From: Chiloscyllium plagiosum
Taxonomy: Eukaryota
Assembly (NCBI RefSeq): GCF_004010195.1
Contig: NC_057719.1
Span: 5,752,062 to 5,816,061, forward strand
Direction of reading: 5' to 3'
DNA: 64,000 bases
A program made the position numbers and the translations under genes. This document shows positions 50,088-62,209 of the stretch, piece by piece. Numbering within the stretch: position 1 is the first letter of the stretch; each line of letters begins with the position of its first letter. The notes beneath the pieces are model-generated. The model made no database searches. It was not told where the DNA came from and worked only from the letters and a program-made list of their open reading frames with translations.

Positions 50088-50208
50088 AAAGTGGGTACTG
50101 CAGATGCTGAAGATTAGAGGTTCCTGATGAAGGGCTTTTGCACGAAACATCAATCTTCCTGCTCCCGGATGCTGCCTGAACCGTTGTGCTTTTCCGACAC
50201 TAATCTTG
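50088..50208. mobile_element. Collapsed family A fold-back with + strand hammerhead remnant
   Basis: CTGATGA-A-GGGC-tttt-GCAC-GAAA-C-ATC, flanked by tggtt(c/t)ataac. Confidence 0.75.
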
Positions 50209-52859
50209 GTTTATAACAAATAGAACAAATAATATTGCTTTTCTTTGCTTTCTGTAGGATCTTTAGCTACAGATGGATTGACATTTTATTGATGCAGAAA
50301 TCTGCATTTCAGCAGCTTGTCTTATTTATCTGATTAACCTACAGACTGTATCCCTTCTGTATGAAAACAATTTGTATCTAAAATGTATAATCTATTATGA
50401 ATAATCTAACCCCTTGGATTCACCATTTTCTAGATTTCAAATCTTAGAAGCCATACCTAATTTAACTAGTTGATTTTCCACTGAAAGTTTTGATGCACGT
50501 GCCCCTCTGCACATTTCTGATGTGTGGCTTTTGATGTTGATGGAAAAACTATTTTCAGATGACATTAATTTTCTTTGTCTTCAAAAGACTTGGAAAGAGA
50601 TGGTAAACCAATTACTAAGATAGACTGCATGTGATTGTTTGCTCCAAAATCACATGTTCATGTATCATGATTGATATTGAGGTTAACTTATAATGGAGGG
50701 TGCTGAGAACAAAAACTCTGCTTCACAGAAGGTAAGCAGGGACAACTTAGAGAAGTCAAGAAAAATGACTGAGCAGATTCTACCTCCACTACCACAGAAG
50801 ATCATTTACATTACAACCACAGAAACAATATGAATCAATCTTTCTCCATTGTACTGGAGTTACGTTACAAGTGCAGCTTGAAACCAGACACAGGTCAACA
50901 TGACACTGGAATAAGGTGGAATGTATCACTGAAAGGAAAAGGTCATCTTCACAAGCTGCTGATGGAACCACTTGGTAATCTCTTTACTACTGTAACTCAA
51001 CATGTACTATTTTTTGCCTCTGTTCTAACAGAAGCAGCATTAAACTCTCTTGTGAATAAGACTCATTGGGGAGGCAATATTATTAACAATGATTTTAAGG
51101 TCCAGTGCACTGGATTCTAATTTCTCCTTTGGGAAACATCAAGGTTCTGAAGGAAGTGTACACTTTTACTCCAGACAATCAGAACATCTATTATCACCAA
51201 TACTCAAATAAATCTAGTGGAGCACCTGTGGGAAAATATATCAGTGACAAATTAGATTGCTGAGGAGCATCCTGACACAATATCTCTGATGATTGCTTTG
51301 TCATATATATGTGAAAAATGAAATCTTTGATTAGTCCTTGTTGGGGATGAGAAAAATACTGGAAAAACAGCAGTATAGCTCCAGTGGTATTAGAAACGTA
51401 GAAATTAGGTGCAGGAGTAGGCCATTTGGCCCATTGAGTCTGAAACACCATTCATTACACTCATGACTGATCATGCAATCTCAGTATCCCATTCCGTCTG
51501 TGCTTCCTCCAAGTATTGTTCAACATGGAGGAACACTAATTTATCAGCTGAGGAAGGGTGGTATATGGTTATTAGTAGGAGGTTTCCTTACTCATGTTTG
51601 ACCTGAAGTAATGAACTTCCTGGGGTCCAGTTGAGAGCTCCCTGGGCAACTCTCCCGACTGTATACCATTGTGGCACCAACTCTGCCGGGTCTGTTTTGC
51701 TGATGGGACAGGATATATCCAGGGAAGTGATGGTGGGGCTTGGGGCATTGTAAGGTATAATTCCATGATTGAGTACATTAGACTTGCTTAACTAGAGATA
51801 GCTCTTCCAATTTTGACACCTGCCCCAGATATTCATAAGGAGGACTTTGCAGGTTCAATAGTGCTGTTTCTGCAATTGTTTTCAGTTGAGGTCAGGTGGT
51901 CCAACTAGTATCAAGTATTGTAAATAAATGGTGTTGGGATTTTATATTGTCCTGCGTTTTGAAATCCTTCAAACTATGGAAAAAGCTATACTTATTGTAT
52001 TTTATCTTTATTTCCTTTGTGTGATAAACTTCTGTTTTATTGTTAATCCAAACCTGCAGCATTGCCTACTCGTGTTTCAGTGAAAGACCACCATGTTAAA
52101 TATATATTTAAAAAATGATCTAGTAAGCCAGATTTCAGTCTGGGATCTGACTTGTCCAGTTAGAACATCAGCTGGAATCAATATATGGTGCGAGTATTCT
52201 GGCAACTTTCTATATGTTCACCAAATACAATGCTCTCTAATGTCCCTCTCCAAATACTGCCAACTTCACTGAAGTTTCCTTATAGAATTTTATTTAAAAA
52301 GTCCTGACCACTTAAACTGATAAAACAAAGTTACAACTAATTTTGAGCTCTGAAAGCCTGGCCAACTACAAACTGAACTGCTGCTCTATTCATATGATAC
52401 TTTGCTTCATAACTGAACCTACCCCAGCAATGTAGTCTGTGTAGGTCTTAAAAATCTTTAACTTTATAAACACTTCATTGATTAACTGCCCAGGTAGCTG
52501 ATTGAGACATTTAACATACTTTCTTGGAAAAAAGTTTCCTTTCGCTTTCCGAACTCTCTTTCATGTTCACAGTACTAAAACTAAAATACATTTTTCTGTA
52601 CTTTAAAATACAAATTCCCAAATGATAAATAAATATACACTGTTATTACAGCTTGAATTGCCTTTCTTGCTAACTGATTTCAAATGTTACTTAATGTTCA
52701 AACTGACACGCTGTTAATGATGAAGCAGATATATGGCTTAAAATCTGATGTTGAATTGTATATCTCCAGTTTAAATTTAGAATCCAAATACCATAAATTT
52801 TACATTTTCAAATTCAATAAAATTGAAAACTTTTTGGTTCACAAGTTTTTTGAAAAGAA

Positions 52860-53150
52860 TTCATTCATGGGATGTGGGTATTGCAGAGTCGACCAGCATC
52901 TAGGCAGTTAAGAGTAAACCACATTGCTGTGGGTCTGGAGTCGCTGTAAGCCAGATCTGGTAGGGATAGCTGTTTTCTTCCAAGAAGTGAATTGGCAATC
53001 AATAATGGATCCATGGTCTTCATTAGACGCTTAAATGCAGATTTTTTTTTTATTGATTCAAATTCCACCATCTGTCATGGTGTTTTGAACCTGGGTCCCC
53101 AGAACATTAATAATCCAGCATTAATACCGTTAGGGCATTGACCCCCCCCC
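52860..53150 (-). mobile_element. Second SINE family copy
   Basis: Reverse complement of the core and tail seen at 13850-14545. Confidence 0.7.
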
Positions 53151-53390
53151 CCAAGTTTTCATGCTCACTTTCTGTTTGTTTCTTTCAATTGTCTTTCCTA
53201 AAGACATTTTCTCGTTTATTGTCTCCTCTTCTTTACCATCCTCCCTCTCCTCTCCAGGAAGACGCTCATTATCATTTGTATTTTAACTCGTTTCAGCCTT
53301 CATTAATTTTTTGCTAGTCTTCCCTGTAATTGATGCTCTTTCTCCCCACAAACAGGTGCTGTTCTCCAATTTTTAAGCTCTAAGAATATC

Positions 53391-53545
53391 CAAAAACAGA
53401 AATTACTCAGATCTGGCAGCATCTGCATAGATTCCAAAGAAGAGTCCCTGGACCTGAAATGTTAACTCTGACTTCTCTCCACAGATGTTGCCAGACTCCT
53501 GAGTTTTCCCAGCAATTTATGTTTTTATTTCTGATTTCCAGTATC
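53391..53545. mobile_element. Family B fold-back, decayed
   Basis: aaaaacagaaatt...tctggcagcatctg / cagatgttgccaga...cagcaatttatgttttt; GGACCT-GAAATGTTAAC remnant. Confidence 0.7.
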
Positions 53546-54639
53546 CACATTTCATTGCTTTTTAAAATCCCCAACAATATCCACATCTTCAGCCCTGGCC
53601 TAATCCTTATTAAATTGTTTGGCTGAGTTTTGAATTCATGAGACTTGGGCTGCTATCATTTTTCTAATTGTTCCATATATCATCTCAGCATTGGTCATTT
53701 AGTCTGTTTGCAGTTACTGGTGTACATGGTTCAATGTATCGAAATTAAATTGCTAGTGCCAACGTTTGTGCAGTAAACAATTGTAGTTATTGTACAGCTT
53801 GCTACAGAACTGGTCTTCATGCCTTTCACAGTAATAAGATCACACTGAATATGCATCAGCTTGTTAGCATTATGTTTTTCAGTCAATACTAATGTCAGTT
53901 GCCTAGCTAACAAGCTGTAGATATAGTATATTTTAGGGATTGTTTTCTTACTGAGAAACATCAGCAATATAACATAGAGCTGCATTTCAGCAGTCTGTGA
54001 CATATGTCTACTGAGAGCCAGCCAGCAGGTTCAACATAGCAATTCATTTTTATATGGAATTGCTTTGAATTTACAGTATTGAAATAGGCCATTTGATGTA
54101 ACGAGACTCTGTTGATGTTTGTCTGCTACACAAGTCTCCTCCTACCTTACTTCACCTCACCCTCTAATCTATCTTCTATTCCCTCTTCTGCATATCCTTA
54201 TCTACTTTATCTTCAAATGCATCTATTCATCTCAAACATCACTTGGGGTTGCACATTCCAAACTAACCACTTTCTGGCTAAAGATGTTTCTCCTGAATTC
54301 CTGATTGAATTTATTGGAGACGATCTGACAGTTATGTTTTGAAGCTTTAGACTAGCATCTTTTCTGTGTTTGACCCAATACATAATTTCATATGTTTAAA
54401 GACATCTTGTGCAATCTATTGGCTTCCTGTTTCTTGAAGCTTGTTCAATATATTCCTGAAGGTTGACCAGAACTGAGAGGTTATAACTGTTTATCATTCA
54501 GAACTATCAGCTGACTAATAAAGTTAGTTAAATAGCAGTCTTCAGGAAGATACCTATCTTAAGATAGTAGAGGGGACAGACAAGGTGACTCTCTTAGTCC
54601 CCCTTCGCAAAAAGAAAGAACAATTGGCTTCAATTCCAC

Positions 54640-55175
54640 CAATATCCCACAATTTAAAGGCATAAGTCAGGAGTATATTGGAATACTCTCTCCTTTCATT
54701 GAAGGATACAGCTCCAACAACACTCAAGAAGTTTGACAGGGTAAAGCAGCTCGCTTGATTGGCACCACATCTACAAGCATCCACTCCCTCCACCACTGAC
54801 GCTCAGTAGCAGCAGTGTGTACTATCTTCAAGCTGCACTGCAGAAATTCATAAAAGATCCTTCCAAACTTACGAACACTTCCATCTCGAAGGACGAGGGT
54901 ACATGAAAACACGATATATGAGAGCACCATCACCTGCAAGTTCCTCTCCAAGGCACTCATCATCCTGACTTGGAAATATAATACCTTTCCTTCACTCTGG
55001 CTGGGTCAAAATTCTGGAGTTCTCTCCATAAGGGAATTGTGGGTCAACCTACAGCTTGTGGACTGCAGGAGTTCAAAAAGGCTGCTTACCCAACCTTCTC
55101 AATGGCAACTATGGGCAGGCAATAAAACACTGGCTAGCCAGCGATGTCCACGTCCCGCAAGTGAATAACAAAAAC
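54640..55175 (+). mobile_element. CR1-group (L2/Crack-like) LINE 3' end
   Basis: Decayed ORF K..VRSILEYS...APTTLKKFD...KAARLIG...IHSLHH.RSVAAVCTIFKLHC, and tail gcaataaa..ctggctagccagcgatgtccac. Confidence 0.75.
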
Positions 55176-56009
55176 TATTTTTGCAGCCAAATAGTGACTC
55201 TGTCTCTGTTCTGGGAAACAAGAAATGAAACGTATTGCAATTCTCCCATCTTAATTGCATAAATTGTAGAGCATATTTTTATCATTTACACCATTTTCAT
55301 TAAAACAATGAGGCTCCCATTGAAACTCATTAGAAGAGAAAAGGCCTTTTCATTGTGATGTTGAGTTTCTCAACAAGAAAATAGCATTGTAATTTTCTTT
55401 GTGCTATGAGCCACATTTAGATTCTCAATTTGGTCATAGTATTGATATCCATCTGTCTAAGTGGTACTCCTTTATTAACTCTTTGGTGAATTTCCATATT
55501 ACTGAAATGTAAATGTTTTTACTAAGCGACAATAACTAATTTATATTATAGTGCTAATATTTTTGTTCTAACTGTGAATGGACTGTGCTCTCAACCTGCA
55601 CATTTAGATCAGTGAACTGATTTTAACATTATCATCTTGACATGAGGGATGGTCTATGCATAGACTTGTAAGAACAAATATGACATTGTGCAAACTGCTC
55701 ATACACAGCTGTCCTGGTGTGCTGCCAGAACAATATAAATTGGCGAATTTACAAACAGGAACATGGATGGAAAGAACCGGTTGATTCATTTCAGTGTAGA
55801 GATACCTTAATAAACATCTCTGATCCCATACCATTACACCAGATACAGTTTAGTTCTGTTTATAATGCTGGCACTTCTCCTTGGCAGGGAAAGAAATGTA
55901 AAAGAAATCCCATAGTGTTAAGGGAACTATAGGAATGATACAACACAGAAGGGGGCCATTCTGGTCACCTTGTTTATGCTGACTCACAGACACCCAGGCG
56001 CACTTTTTA

Positions 56010-57258
56010 AGAAAGGTGGGCGAGAGAAAGCAGGAAATTATAGTTAGTCTGACCTCAGTGGTGGGAAAGATGCTGGAGTCTATTATAAAGGACGAAATTA
56101 CTGCACATCTGGATAGTAGTAACAGGATAGGACAGAGTCAGCATGGATTTATGAAGGGGAAATCATGCTTGACTAATCTTTTTGAATTTTTTGAGGATGT
56201 AACAATGAAGTTGGACGAGGGAAATCCAGTAGAGGTAGTGTACCTGGACTTTCAGAAAGCTTTTGAAAAAGTCCCACACAGGAGGTTAGTGAGTAAAATT
56301 AGGGCGCATGGTATTGGGGGCAAAGTACTAGATTGGATTGAAAATTGGTTGGCTAATAGGAAACAAAGGGTAGTGATAAACGGCTCCATTTCAGAATGGC
56401 AGACAGTGACCGGTGGGGTACCGCAGGGATCCGTGCTGGGACCACAGCTATTTACAATATATTGTAATGATATAGAAGATGGTATCAGCAATAACATTAG
56501 CAAATTTGCTGATGACACAAAGCTGGGTGGCAGGGTGAAATGTGAGGAGGATGTTAGGAGATTACAGGGTGACCTAGACAGGTTAGGTGAGTGGGCAGAT
56601 GCATGGCAAATGCAGTTTAANNNNNNNNNNNNNNNNNNNNNNNNNNNNNNNNNNNNNNNNNNNNNNNNNNNNNNNNNNNNNNNNNNNNNNNNNNNNNNNN
56701 NNNNNNNNNNNNNNNNNNNNNNNNNNNNNNNNNNNNNNNNNNNNNNNNNNNNNNNNNNNNNNNNNNNNNNNNNNNNNNNNNNNNNNNNNNNNNNNNNNNN
56801 NNNNNNNNNNNNNNNNNNNNNNNNNNNNNNNNNNNNNNNNNNNNNNNNNNNNNNNNNNNNNNNNNNNNNNNNNNNNNNNNNNNNNNNNNNNNNNNNNNNN
56901 NNNNNNNNNNNNNNNNNNNNNNNNNNNNNNNNNNNNNNNNNNNNNNNNNNNNNNNNNNNNNNNNNNNNNNNNNNNNNNNNNNNNNNNNNNNNNNNNNNNN
57001 NNNNNNNNNNNNNNNNNNNNNNNNNNNNNNNNNNNNNNNNNNNNNNNNNNNNNNNNNNNNNNNNNNNNNNNNNNNNNNNNNNNTCTCTGGATTCATTTAA
57101 GGAAGGATTGGATAGAGCTCTCAAAGATAGTGGAATCAAGAGTTATGGAGATAAGGCAGGAACAGGATACTGATTAGGAATGATCAGCCGTTATTATATT
57201 GAATGGCGGTGCAGGCTCGAAGGCCTGAATAGCCTACTCCTGCACCTATTGTCTATTG
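56010..57258 (+). mobile_element. Young CR1 RT core and 3' end, spanning a gap
   Basis: Open frame SLTSVVGKMLE...QHGFMKGKSCLTNL...GVPQGSVLGP...SKFADDTKL. Confidence 0.95.
56621..57083. other. Assembly gap (463 N)
   Basis: N run. Confidence 1.
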
Positions 57259-57856
57259 TCAAACAGCTCCAGCCTCCCAAATTGTCCTCGTAGCTACAGT
57301 TCTCCATCCCTGGCAACATCTCTGAACACTCTGCAGAGCAATTATGTTCTTACATATTAGCAGCTGATTCCCAAGCCAAATTGGTGGAATAGGACTTCTC
57401 AAGCAATGGTGTGCAAAATGATAGAGAAGTTCAGGTAATCCATTAGTGGAAATCTTCACATGCAGGTGTTTAATCTTCTGTGCGATCAATTTCACAGAGC
57501 ACCAGAGGTTTTTAAAACATGTTGAAAGCAATGATGATGAAGATGTCAGCTGGCTGTTTGGTTTTGTATATAATCCCAATTTCAGAATTAAGCAGCCTTG
57601 AGTGAGATTAGAAGAGTTGGTTATGTTACCAAATAGTGAATGCAGATACCTGAATTCTGGCAAAAGCTGTCTAGCTTATTCAAAAAGGAAAAAAGTGAGC
57701 AATGAGTTAGGATTGACATTTCAGGGGGGCATTGGACAACTATGGAACATTGGCAATAATTGCAGGTGAATTTCTTATTGCTCAAGTCCTTACCTGGTCT
57801 GACCTACCTGTAACTCCAGACCCACAGCAATGTGGTTGACTCTTAACTGGCCTCTA

Positions 57857-58169
57857 GGTGGCACAGTGGTTAGCACTGCTGCCTCGCAGCGCCAGAGATC
57901 CGGGTTCAATTCCCGCCTCAGGCGACTGACTGTGTGGAGTTTGCACGTTCTCCCCGTGTCTGCGTGGGTTTCCTCCGGGTGCTCCGGTTTCCTCCCACAG
58001 TCCAAAGATGTGCAGGTCAGGTGAATTGGCCATGCTAAATTGCCCGTAGTGTTGGGTAAGGGGTAAATGTAGGGGTATGGGTGGGTTACGCTTCGGCGGG
58101 TCGGTGTGGACTTGTTGGGCCGAAGGGCCTGTTTCCACACTGTAAAGTAATCTAATCTAATCTAATCTA
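57857..58169 (+). mobile_element. V-domain tRNA SINE, young, inserted into a second-family SINE (57788-58240)
   Basis: ggtggcacagtggttagc A-box, gggttcaattccc B-box and a (TCTAA)n tail; the host element resumes at ggcaattaaggatgggc. Confidence 0.92.
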
Positions 58170-60646
58170 GGCAATTAAGGATGGGCAATGAATACCGACC
58201 TAGCCAGAAATGGCCTTATCCCGTAAATGAAGTTTTAAAAAGTACAGATAAAAGTGATGTGTTGTGTAAATCTGATGGTAAAGTTCTGAAATTATTTCAA
58301 AGTTGCTTGTTAGTGTATGTAGTTCACAGTTTCTTTTCTCCTCTGCTATGATGATCATTCTTCTTTCCTGTGTCCCTTACTTTATTCAGTCTGTATTCCA
58401 TTACTTTTTTTCTTCAAACCTGGCCATGCGGTACAGGTCCATTGAATAGAATGAGCCCTTTTGTTTGGAAGATTTATTTTTGCTGAGTGGTATAGCTTTC
58501 ATTGTTTTTGGAATAACAAAAATAGCGTGAATTTCATCTAGTGGCTACATTTTTAGGTTATAGGTTGATGTAGAAGTGTTATTGCTTAAAATGTACATCT
58601 TACAAACCCTTAGGCCCAGAACTGTGTTCTATAGGATCACACTTAGTGCCTTCCAACCTTTGCTTGTCTGTAAACTACAAGCATTCAATGTAACAACACA
58701 AATATTATGTAAATATCAAAGCTGTCTCATACTTGTCTTATAGACGTAATCAAGATTATACCATTCATTTTGGTCATTGTGTTTAAAATGTTCAAGAACA
58801 GTTTTGGAGTATGCAGATAGCTAAATTCAGGACTTAAATTTATCTATCTAATTTCCCTTTCTACTATACTGATCTGTATTGGAATATATTTTCATGGACA
58901 TTGGATGCTATCCATCGCCCTGTTGAACTGGTTATGCTTCATGTCTGAGCCCTTGGCAGTAAGTGTCAACAATCTGTCTGATTGAGGAATCACAGCTGAC
59001 CCTTGATACTCAATCTCACAGTCGCTTGCAAGACATCTTTCTTATCACTGTTGTACAGCAGTGTGGAATAGAGTTGATTAGAAGCCAGCAACATCGAAAA
59101 GAGAACAAATCAAAGTGCGCTATCCATGAACAGTTCTTAGTCACAAGTTAGAGCAGCTGTAACAGAGATCTGGATACAGGCCAAAAATATTAACTTCAGT
59201 GAGAGACAAAAGAAAAGTTGAAACAATACCATTAGTATAATTTATGCTGTGTAAAGCATATGAAGTTTGAGCTGTAACTTTTTAAACAAAAGTTTTTAAA
59301 TTCAGCTAACTCTGAAAGTGAAGAAGGTCAACAAGGCATGGTGCAGGAGGTATGGAGGGTGTGCGGATAAGTTCTATAAGCAGACCGTTAGTGGTTTTGT
59401 AGCTCAGAAACTGATTATTTTCTGGAAAAAAAGGCACACTTAGGCAAAGTTCTTTTTTAATCTTGAGCTCATCAGGCCAATTCACACAAATACGAAATTC
59501 GAGGGGAGAATTCAGTATAGGAAGGGAAGAATTGCTGCATTTTCGCCTCTAATGTTTGGAGCGGTTGATATAGTTTGAGGTAAAATTTTAACTTATAGAG
59601 AAAGAAAAAAGACGAAAAAAATGTAAATAAAATAGACTAAACAGATTGTGTATTTGGAGTGCAGTATGGGACTCTGTGGACCAGGAACCTGTCTTGATGG
59701 AACACATTTGCAGTAGAGGATTTAACTGGGGAAAAAAACAGCATTATTTACAAGCAGGTTTTTGGGCCCATAAGTACATAGCCAGTCTGATGCCGGGATA
59801 AGAGATATCTCAAACCAGTTTGAAATGATATACGGGGGTTAAAATCTCTGAATTATTCGCCAATGCATGTGAAAATTAACGCAGGTAAGGAATGTAATGC
59901 ACATGGTTGAAGAAGTGATGTAAATTTGGCATCAATATTGAGACAGGATAGCTGTGATATTAGGATGGACATCAGAGTTTTGGGTGAAAATGTTAATGGT
60001 TGTGATTCGGGTGTCAGAGAAGAATGCTCGGATAGAAAAAAAAATAGTTGTTTTATTTATAGATTAAATGCAAAAGAAATAAGACCAGAGTGGTCAGAAG
60101 TTATGGTTTACACATAGATTGGTAAACCAGGAAGAGGAGATAAACATGTGAAGACCGCATTGGACCTGAAGGGCAAATTCGACTATGTGATCCACAAAAG
60201 CTATCGTTTATGCAAGCACACATTGTAAAAGTAACAAATTGAATGAATTACAGATCTAAATTCATCTTGGAAGGAATGATGCGGTGGCTATTACTAAGTA
60301 TGAGTCTAAATGACCATAAGACATAGGAACAGAAATTAGGCCATTCAGCCCATCATGTCTGTTCTGCCATTCAATCGTGGCTGATAATTTTCTCAACCCC
60401 CATTCTCCTGCTTTCTCCCCATAAACCTTGATCCTCTTGATACTCAAGAACCTATCTATCTCAGTCTTAAATATACTCAATGACCTGGCCTCCGTTGTCT
60501 TCTGTGGCAATGCATTCCATCAATTCACCACTTTCTGGCTGAAGAAGTTTCTCCTTACCTCCGTCTTAAAAGGTCCAGCCTTTACTCTAAGGCTCTGCCC
60601 TCGGGTCTCTACCACTGGAAGCATCTTCCCAGGATCTACTCAGTCC

Positions 60647-60953
60647 TCTGGGACTCTGGGACACCCGGACCAACCAACCCAACCACCCTGTGGCTCAACA
60701 CTTCAACTCCCCCTCTCACTCCACCAAGGATATGCAGGTCATTGGACTCCTCCATCGCCAGACCACAACAACACGACGGTTGGAATTGCATTTCCGACAC
60801 CCCTCCCCCAAGTCCCTCCTCCCTACCTTTTATCTTAGCCTGCTGGACAAACGTTCCTCATTCCTGAAGAAGGGCTTATGCCCGAAACGTCGATTCTCCT
60901 GTTCCCTGGATGCTGCCTGACCTGCTGCGCTTTTCCAGCAACACATTTTCAGC
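60647..60953 (+). mobile_element. Family A Neptune 3' fragment (GIY-YIG remnant plus terminus)
   Basis: VAQHFNSPSHS..DMQVIGL followed by the family A terminus. TSD tctact(c/a)agtcc at 60635-60646 and 60954-60965. Confidence 0.88.
60860..60895 (+). ncRNA. Minimal type-I hammerhead ribozyme motif (family A), intact core, sense to TTC7B
   Basis: AUUC-CUGAAGA-A-GGGC-uuau-GCCC-GAAA-C-GUC-GAUU; helix I has one U-U mismatch. Confidence 0.8.
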
Positions 60954-62209
60954 TCTACTAAGTCCAGGCCATTCAGTATTCTGTATGTTTCAATTCGATC
61001 CCCGCTTGTCTTTCTAAACTCCATTGAGTACAATTCCAGAGTCCTGAAACGTTCCTCATATGTTAAGCTTTTAATTCCTTAGACCATTCTTATGAATATC
61101 CTATGAACACGCTCCAGTACATCCTTCTTGAGATATGGGGCCCAAACCTGTGCACAATACTCCAAATGTGGTCTGGCCAGAACCTTCTAGAGCCTCAGAA
61201 ATACATCCCTGCTTTTATATTCAAATCATCTTAAAATAAATGCCAACATTGCATTTGTCTTCCTAACTACTGACTCCCCTGCATGTTTACCTTTAGATAG
61301 TCCTTGACTAGAATTCCCAAGTCTCTCTGCAATTCAGTCTTCTGAATTTTCTCCCCATTTAGAAAATCGTCCATGTCTCTCTTCGTCCTACCAAAGTGCA
61401 TGATTTCACAATTTCCCAAGTTGTATTCCATCTGCCGCTTGTTTGCCCAGTCTCCTAATCCTTCTGCAGCCTCCCTGTCTCCTCAGTGTTACCTGTCCCT
61501 CTACCTATCTTTGTATCATCTGCAAACTTAGCCAGAATGCCCTCCATTCCTTCATCCAAATAATTAATGTATAAATGAAAACTTGTGGGCCCAGCACTGA
61601 GCCTTGCAGAACACCATTTGTCACTGGCTGCCATCCCAAGAAGGACCCTTTTATCCAGACTTCGTTTTCTGCAAGACAAGCTTCTATCCATGCTAGCACT
61701 TGCCTCTGACACCATGAACCCTTATTTTATTTAGTAGCCTCTTGTGCGGAACTTTGTCAAAAATATTCTTGAAGTCCAGTATCCATTGGCTCTCCTTGGT
61801 CTCGAACCTGCTCGTTACTTCCTCAAAGAATTCTAGCAGATTTGTCAGTCATGACCTTCCCTTGATGAAACCATGCTGATTTTGCCTTATTTCACCATTC
61901 ACTTCCAAATATTCAGAAATCGAATCGTTCACAATGGATTCCAGTATCTTTCCCACGACCGAGGTTCGGCTAATCAGTCTGTAATTTTCCATCTTATGCC
62001 TCACTTCTTTTTTAAACAGGGTGTCATGTTAGCGATTTTCCAGTCCGCTGGGACCCTCCCTGATTCTAGTGATTCCTGAAAGATCATCACCAACACCTCC
62101 ACTATCTCTTCAGCTATCTTCCTTAGAACTCTGGGGTGTAGTCCATCTAGTCCAGGTGATTTATCCACCTTCAGGCCATTCAATTTTTCTAGCATCTTCT
62201 CCTTGGTAA

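Larger units (their letters stand above)
60311..62208 (-). mobile_element. CR1 RT fragment with a nested PLE terminus
   Basis: KSPGLDGLHPRVL, GVLQGSVLGP, AKFADDTKIG and FKTEIDRFL on the minus strand. Confidence 0.9.

Noticed and set aside
38721..57177. Long ORFs containing X runs (38721-39388, 45249-46719, 56016-57177)
   Set aside because: Their length is an artefact of translating through N gaps; the real flanks are L1 or CR1 fragments.
57857..57930. tRNA gene
   Set aside because: The A/B boxes belong to a SINE head that continues into the V domain and tail; no complete cloverleaf or terminator is evident.
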